Origin: an uncultured Spirochaetota bacterium
GTDB taxonomy: Bacteria > Spirochaetota > Spirochaetia > SZUA-6 > Fen-1364
DNA: 64,000 nt
Direction: 5' to 3'
Assembly: GCA_963745235.1 (NCBI GenBank)
Contig: CAVUXE010000075.1
Coordinates: 30,283-94,282, forward strand
The translations under genes and the position numbers were made by a program. How positions within the stretch are numbered: the first letter of the stretch is position 1; the number at the start of each line of letters is the position of its first letter. The notes beneath the pieces were generated by a model, which worked only from the letters and a program-made list of their open reading frames with translations, was not told where the DNA came from and searched no databases. This document shows, piece after piece, positions 53,219 to 64,000 of this stretch.

Positions 53219-54208
53219 TCACACAAACTCACGCCTGCGCTTCTGCGCGAAGCAGTCAAGCCAGATGATCGCTACAATGACCAGACCCTTCAACAGTACC
53301 TGGTAGTAGGACCGGATGGCGAGCATGTTCATGACATTATCGAGCATGCCGAACACGAGCAGGCCGAGGCCGGACTGCGGGATCCCTCCGATACCGCCCG
53401 CAAAGGAGGTTCCCCCGACAACGACGCCGCAGTTCACCACGAGCGCGGTCAGGTCCCCGTAGATGGATGAGCCCGTATTCAACTTGGAAGAGAGAAGCAT
53501 TCCCGCCAGGCCGGCGGCGCCCCCGCTGATCACGAAGGCGATCCACTTCGTTCGGATGACCGGGATGCCCGAGTAGCGCGCCACCTCGTAGTCCCCGCCG
53601 ATGGCGTACAGGTTGCGGCCGAACTGGGTGTAGCGCATGAGCCAGAAGGCCAGGGCGAAGCAGACCACCGTGATCATCACGAGGTTGGGCACCCCGTGGA
53701 AATCCCCGTTCCCGATCATCATGAAGGCGGGATTCTTGGCGGGCACCGGATGGGCGTCGGTGAGCTGCTGGGCCACGCCGGTGAGCAGCAGGCCCATGCC
53801 GAGGGTGATGATGAACGGCTCCGTCTTCTGGTGGACGGAGAGGAATCCGTTCACGAAGCCGACCACCACGCCGAAGATCACGGCGGCGGCGATGGCAAGC
53901 TCCATGGGCATCACGTCCTGGAGCTTGATGGACAGGATGCCAGAGACCACGAGGATCCCCCCGATGGAAAGGTCGCAGCCGCCCGCAATGATGGTGAGCG
54001 TGACCCCGAAGGAGAGGATGAGAAGGATCGACGTGGAGTTGAGCATGTCGAGGAGGTTGTAGGCGGTGTAGAAATGTCTGGGGGAGAAGAGCATCACGGC
54101 CAGCATCACGATGATGGCGACGAATGCCTTCTGCCTCATGACGAACGAGTATGCCCTCGCGCCGACTCCGTTTCCCGTCACCCTCACCCCGATTGCGTTG
54201 CCTGCCAT
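53219..54208 (-). CDS. Sugar ABC transporter permease
   Basis: GGCDLSIG, PFIITLG, FGRNLYAIGG...ARYSG. Confidence 0.9.
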   Translation of the reverse strand: MAGNAIGVRVTGNGVGARAYSFVMRQKAFVAIIVMLAVMLFSPRHFYTAYNLLDMLNSTSILLILSFGVTLTIIAGGCDLSIGGILVVSGILSIKLQDVMPMELAIAAAVIFGVVVGFVNGFLSVHQKTEPFIITLGMGLLLTGVAQQLTDAHPVPAKNPAFMMIGNGDFHGVPNLVMITVVCFALAFWLMRYTQFGRNLYAIGGDYEVARYSGIPVIRTKWIAFVISGGAAGLAGMLLSSKLNTGSSIYGDLTALVVNCGVVVGGTSFAGGIGGIPQSGLGLLVFGMLDNVMNMLAIRSYYQVLLKGLVIVAIIWLDCFAQKRRREFV

Positions 54209-54219
54209 GGCCGTACCTC

Positions 54220-55212
54220 CTACACCTGCTTGCGGTTGTCGAGCCAGATCGCGAGGATCAGGATTGCGCCCTTGGTGACCACCTGCAGGTAGGTCGAGAC
54301 ACCGAGAAGGTCCAGGCAATTGGACATGAGGATGACAAGGAGCACGCCCATCACGGTGCGCAGGACGCTGCCCTTGCCGCCTTTCAGCGTCGTGCCGCCG
54401 ACGACCACCGAAAGGATGGCGTTGGTTTCGTAGCCCGCGCCGATGACGGGCGCGGCCGTGGTGATCCGGGAGAACAGGACGATGGCCCCAACCCCCGTCA
54501 TCAGGCCGCAGACCACGTAGATCACGAAAATGCTCCGCAATATCCGGATGCCGCTGAGGCGCGCGGCCGTCTTGTTGCCTCCCGTGAGGCTGATGGCCCG
54601 CCCTTCCGTCGTTTTGGTCTGGAAGATCCAAAGGAGCAGCAGCACGACAAGGAAAATCACGAACGAGACCGAGAACGGGCCCACGCTTCCGGCGCCGATC
54701 GACTCGAACATCGACTTGCTCGTCTTGATGTCCCAGAAGTGCATCGTCATGCCCCCGCTGTACAGCAGGGCAAGGGCCGAAAACACGGTGCTCATGCCGA
54801 AGGTGAGGAACAGCGCTTCGGCCTGGGTGAGAGCGCCCGAGGTCAGGATGGCGGCGGCGTTGAGCGCCCCGCATGCGGCCCCGATTACCATGCCGGTGAG
54901 GAGAGCGGGTATCTGCCCCAACGGTCCGATCAGGGAGATGGTGACCACGGCGACGAGGTTTATGATGCCGGCCACCGAGAGGTCGATGAAGCCGCCGATG
55001 ATGACGAAGGTCATGCCGAGTGAGACCATCATGAGAGGCCCGAACTGGCGCATGATGTTGGTCAGGTTCCGCGGATTGAGGAACTTGGGCTCCACGATCG
55101 CCGTGATGGTGACCAGCGCCGCGATCATCACCAGGACCAGGTAGTCCCGGAAGAAGGCCTGCGCGGCCCTTGCCACCCGGTTTCGCCCCATGTGCATCGC
55201 AATTTCTGCCAT
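54220..55212 (-). CDS. Sugar ABC transporter permease
   Basis: GFIDLSV, GGNKTAARLSG, YETNAILSVVVGG. Confidence 0.9.
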   Translation of the reverse strand: MAEIAMHMGRNRVARAAQAFFRDYLVLVMIAALVTITAIVEPKFLNPRNLTNIMRQFGPLMMVSLGMTFVIIGGFIDLSVAGIINLVAVVTISLIGPLGQIPALLTGMVIGAACGALNAAAILTSGALTQAEALFLTFGMSTVFSALALLYSGGMTMHFWDIKTSKSMFESIGAGSVGPFSVSFVIFLVVLLLLWIFQTKTTEGRAISLTGGNKTAARLSGIRILRSIFVIYVVCGLMTGVGAIVLFSRITTAAPVIGAGYETNAILSVVVGGTTLKGGKGSVLRTVMGVLLVILMSNCLDLLGVSTYLQVVTKGAILILAIWLDNRKQV

Positions 55213-55214
55213 GG

Positions 55215-56720
55215 CTATGCGGCGCCTCCCTCGAGGCCCAGCGCGGCCTTCATGATTTCGTCCACCGGGGTCTTCTCAGGGTAGAACTCCCCGGTGACCC
55301 GTCCCTCGAATATCGTCAGCACGCGGTTTGCCATGTTGAGCACCTCGGGAAGCTCCGAGGAGATGAGGATGATCGATCCTCCCGCCTCGACGATCCTTTT
55401 CATGAGGAGGTAGATCTCGTACTTGGCGCCGACGTCGATGCCCCGGGTCGGCTCGTCCATGATGAAGATCTGCGGCGAGATCTCCAGCCATCGCCCGACA
55501 ATGACTTTCTGCTGGTTGCCGCCGGAGAGGTTGTTCACGGCAACCCGGGTCGAGGGCGTCTTGATGGACAGGGCCTGGACCTGTCGCGCTCCGATGCCCT
55601 TCTCCACCGATCTGCGGATGAAGCCGAGCCGGCTGAACTTCCGGATGCTCCCCATGGAGATATTCGATTCAACGGAAAAGGGCAGGATGAGACCCTGGAG
55701 CTTGCGGTCTTCCGGGATCAGCCCGATGCCGAAATCCTTGGCATGCTTGGGGTTGCGAATGGTCGCGGGCTTGCCGCCCAGGAGGACCTCGTGTCCGCGT
55801 GCCTTGTCAGCGCCGTAGATGGCCCGGACGATCTCGGTGCGGCCCGCGCCGACCAGGCCGACAAGGCCCAGGATCTCGCCCTTGTGAAGCTTGAACGAGA
55901 TGTCGTGGAGCTTGTGGGTTTTGATGGAACGGACCTCCATCACGACCTCGCCCACGCTGTGAGGGCGGGGGGGATACTCGTTCTCTATGGTGCGGCCGAC
56001 CATCTTGGAGATCAGCTCGTTGCGCGTGAACTCGGCCACGGCCTTGGTGTCCACCACCCGTCCGTCCCGCATCACGCTCACCACGTCGCAAAACTGGAAG
56101 ATCTCGTCGAGCTTGTGGCTGATGTAGATGATCGAGATCCCCTTCTCCTTGAGCTGGCGGATGATTGTGACCAGCTCGGCCATCTCTTCCGCGGTGAGGC
56201 TCGAGCTCGGCTCGTCCATGATGATGAGCTTGGAGCTGAAGGAGAGCGCCTTGACGATCTCCACCATCTGCTTCTCCGACACGGAAAGCTCGGATACCAG
56301 CCTCGTGGTGGGCACCTTGCTGCCGATGCTGTCCAGGAGCTCCCGCGCCTTTGCGTGGGTGCCGCGCATGCCCTTCATTTCCTTGAACCGGCCGAGGAAG
56401 ACGTTCTCCCCGACGCTCATCGTGTTGACGAGGTTGAGCTCCTGGTAGATGATCGCCAGCCCGCTCTGCATGGACTGGTGCGGGGTGGTGTGCTCGACGC
56501 GCGCGCCGTCGAACTCGATCGTGCCGCTGTCCTTCTGGTAGACGCCGGACAGGATCTTCATCAACGTCGACTTGCCCGCGCCGTTTTCGCCGACGATGCC
56601 ATGCACCGTGCCGCGCCGGACGTCGATCGAGACCTTGTCCAGGGCTTTGACTCCGGGAAAGGACTTGCTCACGTCCCTGATGGACAAGATGACCTCAGAG
56701 CCGGCTGCTTCCATGGCCAC
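55215..56720 (-). CDS. Sugar ABC transporter ATP-binding protein (two NBDs)
   Basis: GENGAGKST, LSGGNQQK, DEPTRGIDVGAK. Confidence 0.95.
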   Translation of the reverse strand: MAMEAAGSEVILSIRDVSKSFPGVKALDKVSIDVRRGTVHGIVGENGAGKSTLMKILSGVYQKDSGTIEFDGARVEHTTPHQSMQSGLAIIYQELNLVNTMSVGENVFLGRFKEMKGMRGTHAKARELLDSIGSKVPTTRLVSELSVSEKQMVEIVKALSFSSKLIIMDEPSSSLTAEEMAELVTIIRQLKEKGISIIYISHKLDEIFQFCDVVSVMRDGRVVDTKAVAEFTRNELISKMVGRTIENEYPPRPHSVGEVVMEVRSIKTHKLHDISFKLHKGEILGLVGLVGAGRTEIVRAIYGADKARGHEVLLGGKPATIRNPKHAKDFGIGLIPEDRKLQGLILPFSVESNISMGSIRKFSRLGFIRRSVEKGIGARQVQALSIKTPSTRVAVNNLSGGNQQKVIVGRWLEISPQIFIMDEPTRGIDVGAKYEIYLLMKRIVEAGGSIILISSELPEVLNMANRVLTIFEGRVTGEFYPEKTPVDEIMKAALGLEGGAA

Positions 56721-56745
56721 ATCCTTGAATGAAGGTTACAGGAAC

Positions 56746-56778
56746 AAGGCTCGTCCCGCCAGAGGCGGAACGAACCTT
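56746..56778 (-). terminator. Intergenic hairpin after binding-protein gene
   Basis: Minus strand AAGGTTCGTTCCGCC-TCT-GGCGGGACGAGCCTT stem with G-U pairs. Confidence 0.6.
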
Positions 56779-56797
56779 TCAGGCTATGCTGCGGATC

Positions 56798-57746
56798 CTA
56801 CCACTCGGGCGGATCGAAGCTCGCGATGGAGCTCTTGTCGACGACGAAAAGCGGGACGTAGTTGATCTGCTTGACCTTTTTGCCGGCCAGGACGTCTCTG
56901 GCGAGCCCGAGGTCCGTCTTGGTCATGAGCACGAAGTCCTGGGCGATGCTGACCGCCTGGTCGCCGCTCTGGACCTGGTAGTAGCCGGCGCGGTTGCCGT
57001 CCACTCCGACGATGTACAGGCCCGTGATGCCCGCGGCCTTGGCCGCCTGGATCACGCCGGTTGCTCCGTTGTCCCAATGGACGAACACGCCCTGGATATC
57101 GTTGCCGTACTTCACGATGTCATCTTCCATGATGGCCTGCGCCTGGTCGGTCGCCCACTGCTGGCAGGCCTTGTAGTCGAGGACCTGGATATTCGAACCC
57201 TTGATCCCCTGGGCGCCGTTGAATCCATCGTGTCGCTTGATCTGGGCGTCGTGACCCGCCTGGCCGCCGATCTCCACGATCTTGGCGCCGTTCGGGAAGT
57301 GCCTTCTTGAATGCCTGGGCAGCCTGTTGGCCTGCCATCGTGTCGTTGACCCCCGCGTAGAAGTCACGGTACTTCTGGTTCTCCGGCGCGAGGTCCGATG
57401 AGAACATGCCCACGATCATGCCAGCCGCCTTGGCCTTGATGATGGCGGGGACGATGGCGCTGATGTCGTTCGGGTTCAGGAAAATGACCTTGAACTTCTG
57501 CGCGATGCAGTTCGTCACGATCTGCGACTCGGCCTGGGTGTCGCCCTTCGCGTCGAAGGTGTACATGTCGAAGCCGTACTGCGACCCGAACTTCAGGAAC
57601 TGCTTCGACGAGAACGCCTGCGACTCGTTGGCCGCGTTCGAGATGACGAACGCTGCCTTCACCAGCTTGGCCTGGGCGCCGACGCCAAAGGCGATCGCGA
57701 CCAGCAGGACGAGTCCAACGATCAAGACTCTCTTCATTTTTGCCAT
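56798..57746 (-). CDS. Sugar ABC transporter substrate-binding protein (frameshift near 57305)
   Basis: Signal peptide MAKMKRVLIVGLVLL, GGAGG RBS, FDAKGD, KRHDGF, VGVDG. Confidence 0.85.
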
Positions 57747-57772
57747 AGCGCACCTCCTCTTGTGTGTATTAC

Positions 57773-57838
57773 ATGAAACACCTGAGTGTTTCATACGTAA
57801 CCCCAACTGATTATGCATGTTTCTTTAGTCCTTGGCAA
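57773..57838 (-). promoter_or_regulatory. sigma70 promoter and downstream palindromic operator for ABC-GRE operon
   Basis: Minus strand TTGCCA-17nt-CATAAT (57838-57810); perfect inverted repeat ATGAAACAC-CTGA-GTGTTTCAT (57773-57794). Confidence 0.6.
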
Positions 57839-58017
57839 GATATTTTTCATTCATAATCGAGCCTCCTCCATAATTGCGTACCATTTAAGTTATCCGGTCG
57901 GAGGTGAAACGGCCATAACTATCCAATAGGTGAACAAAAGTGAACCGAAACGCTGGCCGGCGACCTTTCTCCTTTTGAGCTGCCGTGGTAATCTGCGCTC
58001 GGTGAGAGGCCGGGCGC

Positions 58018-58822
58018 ATGCCGGATGAATCGATATCAACTTTTTTGGAAAGTCTCTGCTTTGACCACGCGATTGCAAAATGGTGCGAGCGATTCGACGG
58101 CCGGAGCAGCATTTGGAACTTTCAAAGACATTCACATCCATATTTCGAGCTCATCTTCTTCATCGAGGGAAAGGCAAAAATCGACGCCGGTCATGAATCC
58201 ATCGACATCTCCCTTTTCGACGTCGTTGTCTATCCGCCCGGCCTCTCCCACCAGGAGCACCTCGATATGGACATCCCGGCAGGAGATCATCTGCATTTGG
58301 GCCGATCTGGGCCCCTGTCCTGCGTTCGATCACGCCATCAAGCTCAAAGACCTGCGGGGCACCATGCGGGAGCTCTTCGAGATCATCTATCTCGAGTTCA
58401 CCGGAAATCGCGCCTTGGCGGACGACGTAATTGCCTCCTGCCTCAAGACTCTTTTCCTTCTGATCAGGCAGGGCTGCCGCGAGCCGTCCCAGGAGAACGA
58501 TTCGCAGGTCGAACGGTGTCTCAGCTATATCCATGAGCATTTCACGGGCGACTTCGGCATCGAGACGCTCGCGCAAACGATCTCAGTGAGCTCCTCGTAC
58601 CTCTTTCGCATCTTCAAGCGAAAGATGCGCGTGACGCCCATGCACTATCGCAACCTCGTCAGGATCGACAAGGCCAAGCTTCTCCTTCTCGATCGGCGCT
58701 TCACCGTGGAGGAAATCGCCGAGCATGTCGGCTTCGACGGCGCGAGATATTTCTCCCGCGTTTTCAAGAAGGAGACGGGCTTGTCTCCGAGCGAGTTCCG
58801 CAAGAAACAGCTCGCCGGTTGA
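58018..58822 (+). CDS. AraC-family transcriptional regulator with cupin domain (frameshift near 58275)
   Basis: HSHPYFEL cupin; SSSYLFRIFK, IAEHVGF...YFSRVFKK..G.SPSEFR. Confidence 0.9.
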
Positions 58823-58934
58823 TCGCGCTTCACTTTTCTTCACCTTCTTGTCAGTTTTCTGAGTTGTTTCCTGCCCCCGATCGTGGGATACGCTGTTGAA
58901 GAAGAATGCGAGATCTTCCAGGTAAGAGGATGAT

Positions 58935-61308
58935 ATGCGTGAGTACGTTGCAGAGATAGAGCGGCTTCCGTTGAGCGGGCGCATCGAGGCGCTCAAGCGC
59001 TCCATGCTGGCCGAGCCGCGGTTCCTTTCCATTGAGCAGGCGAGGATCATCACGCGGGTGTACCGCGAGACGGAGGGGGAGCCGGTCAACATCCGCAGAG
59101 CGCGATCACTCCGCGCCTGCCTGAGCGAGATGAAGATCCGGATAGACCCGGGAGAGCTCATTGTCGGCAACCGGACGGCCGGCGTCCGTGCCGGCGTGGT
59201 GTTCCCCGAGGCCGGCGTCTCGTGGGTGGACAAGGAAATAGAGCAGCTCCCGACGCGCGAGCAGGATCGGTTCAACGTGCGCCCGGAGGACATTCGGACC
59301 TTCCGTGACGAGATCCTCCCTTACTGGTCCGGTCGCACCCTCGAGGATGCCGTCAGGAGAGAGATCGGCGAGGAGGCCGACGCCATTTCGCGCGTCGTGA
59401 AGATCAACCAGAAGGATCACGCCCAGGGCCACATCTGCCCGGACACGGAGGCGTGGCTGCGCCTCGGACCGGCCGGACTGCAGCGGGAGGCGGAGGACCG
59501 GGCCCGCACACGGGGCGATCCAGACCGTTTCTACGAAGGCGTGATTCTCAGCCTGGACGGTGCCCGCACCTTCATGCGGCGGTACGCGGCACTGGCACGA
59601 GAGCTGGCGAGCGGGCCGGCGGAGACCGCCGGTGACGAGCTTACCAGCGTGGCGCACATCTGCGACGACCTGGCCGACCGTCCCCCGCGGACGTTCCGCG
59701 AAGCCCTTCAATCGGTCTGGTTCCTGTTCGTGATCCTCCACATGGAATCCAACGCTTCCTCCTTCTCCCCGGGCCGCATGGACCAGTACCTGTACCCGTA
59801 TTTCCGGGCCGACCTGGACTCGGGCGCGCTGGACCTGCCGGGCGCCCTGGAGCTGGTATCCGCGCTGTGGCTCAAGTTCAACCAGATCGTCTACCTGCGC
59901 AATTCGCACAGCGCAAAGTACTTCGCGGGATTCCCCATCGGCTTCAATGTCGCCCTGGGCGGCCAGGACGGCGCCGGCCGGGATGCGTCGAACGAGCTCT
60001 CCTTCCTTTTCCTCAGGGCCCAGGAGCTGATCGGCCTGTCCCAGCCCAATCTCTCCGCCAGGCTGTTCGAAGGCAGCCCCGACGACCTGCTCATGGCGTG
60101 TTCGCGGGTCATTGGAAAAGGAAGCGGAATGCCGCAGGTGTTCAACGACGAGGCGGTGATTCCGGCGCTGCGGGGGGTTGGCATCACCGAGGCCGACGCG
60201 CGCAACTATGCCATCGTCGGCTGCGTGGAGTTGACGACGCACGGGAACAACCTGGGCTGGAGCGACGCGGCCATGTTCAACCTCGTCAAGGCGCTCGAGC
60301 TGACGCTGACGGGCGGCTTCTGCCTCGTGGACCGCAAGCCCCTCGGGCTGAACCTCGGGACGCTTTCCGATTTCCGCACTTTCGAGCAGCTCGAAACGGC
60401 ATTCGCACGGCAGATCGAGCACTTCACCGAGCGCATGATCCGGTGCTGCGACATCGTGGACCGGATCCATGGCGAGCTGCTGCCCACTCCGTTTCTCTCA
60501 TCCGTCATCCGTGACTGCATCGACAAGGGGATCGACGTCACGCGCGGCGGAGCCCACTACAACCTTTCGGGGATCCAGGCCATCCAGCCGGCCAACGTCG
60601 CCGACAGCCTGGCCGCCCTCAAGAAGCTGGTGTACGACGAGAAGGCGGTGACCGCGGAGGCAGTGCTGCGGGGCCATGGAAACCGATTTCGACTCCGACC
60701 AGATACTCCGGCATCGCCTCGTGAACAAGGCGCCGAAGTATGGCAACGATGTGGAGTGGGTCGACGAGCTGGCGCACAAGTGGGTGAGGGTGTTCGCGGA
60801 GGGGCTGCGGAAGTACACGAACCGCAGGGGGGGGCGGTACCATACCGGTCTGTACACGGTCTCGGCGCACGTGCCCATGGGTCAGAACGTCGGCGCGACT
60901 CCTGACGGCCGGCGGGCGCGAACGCCGCTTGCCGACGGAGGGATGTCCGCGCTGTACGGGAGGGACATGAACGGACCCACCGCGGTGCTGAAATCAGTCG
61001 CTCGGGTCGATTCGAAGCTCGGCAGCAACGGAACCCTGTTGAACCTGAAATTCTCTCCCGAGATGTTTGCGGACGCGCGCGGATTGAAAGCCTTTTCCCA
61101 ATTCCTCCGCGGGTTCGTTCGCCTGAAGATCAGCCACGTGCAGTTCAATGTCCTGAACGAAGCGGACTTGAGGGCCGCGCGCGAGAACCCCGACCAGTAC
61201 CGGAACCTCACCGTGCGGGTCGCCGGATACACCGCCTACTATACCGAGCTGGCGGCTGACCTGCAGGAGGAGATCATCGCGCGCACGACTCATGCCTTGT
61301 CGTCATGA
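58935..61308 (+). CDS. Glycyl radical enzyme, PflD-like, copy 2 (frameshift near 60672)
   Basis: [35 protein letters not shown]. Confidence 0.9.
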
Positions 61309-62236
61309 CCACCGGCTGGGTGTTCGACTGCAAACGGTTCTCCATCCACGATGGGCAGGGCCTGCGGAGCACGCTTTTTCTCAAGGGATGCCCCCTGCGG
61401 TGCCCCTGGTGCCACAATCCGGAGGGCATGGTCCCCGGGCAGCGGCTGTTCCATAGCAGCCGCGAGGTGCATCGGCTGCGGAACGTGCCTCCACGCCTGT
61501 CCGGAGTCGGCGCTGTCCGCAGCCGATTCGGCCCGCGATGTCCGTATTGACGAGACGCGGTGCACCAAGTGCGGCAGATGCATAGACGCATGCCCGACCG
61601 GCGCAATGGCATTCGATGCGCGGGAGATGAGCTCGGAGCAGGCGATCGCCGAGCTGCTCCGCGACCAGACCTTCTTCGAGGTATCCTCGGGGGGAGTGAC
61701 GTTGAGCGGGGGCGAGCCGCTCCTGCAGCCTGAGTTTGCCATCGAAGTGCTCGATGGCTGCCGGCGGAGGGGAGTCAGGCACCGCCATCGAGACGTGTCT
61801 GGCCGCGCCGCTGCAGCACGTCGAGGCGATGGCTCGGGTGACGGATGAGGTGTTCGTCGATATCAAGCTCGCCGACGAGCGCCAGCACCGGGAATTGCTG
61901 GGGTGGCCCCTCGAACCCATACTCCGGAACCTCCAGTACCTGGTCCGTGTCCGCGCGAATGTCGTTGTGAGGATACCGCTCATTCCGGGATTCACGGCGA
62001 CTGAATCCAACCTGAAAGGAATAGGGCGAATTGTCGCCGGCCTTGAACGGCAGCCTCCCGTGGAGTTGTTGAACTTCAATCCCTTCGCGGAAGCGAAGTA
62101 CCGGCGCCTCGGGCGGACCTGGGCGTTTGCCGAGGGTTCACGGCGCTATTCGCCGCAGGAGCTGGCGGCGTTCAGGCAGGTGCTGCGGAGCGCCGGAGTG
62201 GAAAGGGTTTTGGATGAGCAGGAAGAGCCTGGTTGA
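61305..62236 (+). CDS. Glycyl-radical enzyme activase, copy 2 (frameshifts near 61460 and 61780)
   Basis: [21 protein letters not shown]...C and CTKCGRC...[10 protein letters not shown]. Confidence 0.88.
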
Positions 62237-64000
62237 ACGAATTGATTCCTTCCTTGAAGCCGCATCGAGCGGGCGGCCGGTGTACATCACCGATGTCAGC
62301 GACCTCCTGGATGGTCATCCCGATGCAGTCCCGGTCCGACTGAAGCTGCGCTCGGCAGACCGGCCGGAGGCCCGGGAGTTCACCCTTTTCCTGCCGCGGC
62401 CTGATGCTGCCAGCGCGGATCAGTCAGCGTTCATACGCAGATATCTGGAGGCGCGGGTCTATAACATCCTCTCGACCTACGGAGGCAGGTCGCTGACGTT
62501 CTACCGGCCCGCTGCTGAAAAGGGCATCACGGCCCTCTTGTCGACGCTCGACGACAGCTTCGGCATCGGCGTGGCCAAGAAACGCCGCCAGGGATACGGG
62601 CGATGCCTCAACGTTGCGGAACGGATGACCGACGCGCTGGACGGGGCGACAACGCCGACGGCGTCGTTCCGTTTCACTAATCGAGGATGTCGATCTTGCA
62701 CCGCCTTCGCCATCCCCGGCAGCGCCTTTCTCCGGGCCGCCGCTCAGCGCCAGGCTGAAAGAAATACCCGGCCGCCTGGCGGGAGCTTCGGCAATCGGGA
62801 TGGATATCGGAGGAACCGATATCAAGCTGATCGCGTGTGTCGACGAGCGCATCGTCGGATACAAGGAATACGATTGGTTCCCCGCCCGGTTCACGGAATC
62901 CCGTCAGCTCGTTGACCCCATCGTTCTCCTTGTACGGTGGGGGCGGGCGCGCGCCGCGGTAGAGCGCATCGCCTCGGCAGAGCGGCGCGCAGCCCTCTCG
63001 TCCCGTCTCGATTCGGTGGCACGTGCCGGGGCGCGCGAAGAGGAGATCAGGACTGCGGTGGAGAAGGTGGAAACGCACCTCGGTCCCGATCTGGCGGGGC
63101 TGGACGCCATCGGCATGTGTTTTCCCGATGTCGTGGTTCGAAACAAGATCGTGGGAGGCGAGGTGTACAAGACGAGGGGGATCAGAGGCAACCCCGCCAT
63201 CGACTTCGAATCCGATTTCGCCCAGATCACGAACCTCGACCGAGAGCTTTCAGCCTTCTGCCGCCCCGGGGGGAGGTTCAGGAATATCAACGACGGACCC
63301 ATGGCGGCATTCACGGCAGCGCTCGAGGGGGCTGTTTCGGGACAGCGGAATGCCGACGACGGGATCATCGCCTTTACACTGGGGACCGAGCTGGGCACGG
63401 GATGGATCGACCCGGCCGGACACCTGCCGGAGATCCCCCTCGAGGTCTACAACTACATCATCGATCTCGGCAGTCTCCCCGAGCGGGGATTCGGCGCGGA
63501 CGATCCGCGAAGCATCAACAACTTCAACACCGGGCTTGCCGGCACAGTTCAGAAGTACGTGTGCCAGAGCGGCGTCTTCCGTCTGGCGCTCAAGTATTTC
63601 AGCAAGAACAGGCCCGATCTGTATGACAAGGTCTTCAGGGATGGCTATCTTGCCCTGAAGGACGGGACGATATCCATTGCCGACCGAGCCCCGGGACATG
63701 CGAAAGCCATTGCTCGAGTTCCTCATGCGCCTTGCGGCAGGAGGGAGCGATGAAACGATCCGCGACGTCTTTCGGGAAATCGGCGAGTATCTTGCCGTGA
63801 CGTGTCGGGAAACGAAGCAGATACTCGGAATGCGCGTCATGCGTCCCGGTCCTGTTCGGTCGGGTCGTGAAGGACCCCGCGTGCATGGCACTCATCCGGG
63901 AGGGCGCCGCGCGCGTTTCCCCTGACCTCGTCATCGAGGTCGCTGACGACGACCTGGCGGCAACGGGCCTCATGCGTCAACTGCGCGATGATGGCCGCTA
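62214..64000 (+). CDS. Large ROK/hexokinase-fold protein, copy 2 (frameshifts; runs off window)
   Basis: VYITD, DIGGTDIK, EYDWFPA, CFPDVVV.NKIVGGEVYKTRGIR, INDGPMA, TLGTELGTG shared with copy 1. Confidence 0.65.

Noticed and set aside
3453-60470. Numerous long antisense/alternative-frame ORFs (e.g. 3453..4547, 20814..22151, 48157..49626, 55170..56732, 59106..60470)
   Set aside because: Shadows of real genes in high-GC DNA with no recognisable motifs
50857-61308. Annotation of the GREs as pyruvate formate-lyase, or a microcompartment locus
   Set aside because: Single-Cys GCVE motif rather than adjacent Cys-Cys; no shell protein genes seen
38508-64000. tRNA-anchored genomic island
   Set aside because: No integrase and no repeated tRNA 3' end visible in the window; composition similar to the core

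Overview
High-GC bacterial window, most likely a spirochaete (murG-holB-sensor kinase-sigma54 regulator order as in Borrelia hk2/rrp2; groES without groEL next to a short sigma70-family gene). Many single-base frameshifts, including in essential genes, point to long-read/assembly errors rather than pseudogenes. Three zones: (1) 1-2.8 kb: end of an IS110/IS1111 element whose downstream non-coding region carries bridge-RNA-like guide matches to its own junction (GTTAGGC, an attC-type core), followed by three toxin-antitoxin modules with their own promoters; (2) 2.9-38.6 kb: core genes (uvrD-like, sigma factor under a sigma54 promoter, groES, JAB-DinG, punA, lysC, dapF, MCP, two-component pair, murG, DGC, caspase-like lipoprotein, uvrB, htrA, comM, rnhA, a pair of complementary class III cyclase-like genes, tRNA-Met); (3) 38.6-64 kb: accessory sugar catabolism. 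This zone holds the two best novelty candidates: a histidine kinase fused to a sugar-ABC ATPase domain with a sigma54 activator opposite a sugar ABC transporter (possible transporter-docked flux sensor), and two divergent paralogous PflD-like glycyl radical enzyme/activase/unusual ROK-like kinase modules around an AraC regulator and an ABC importer.
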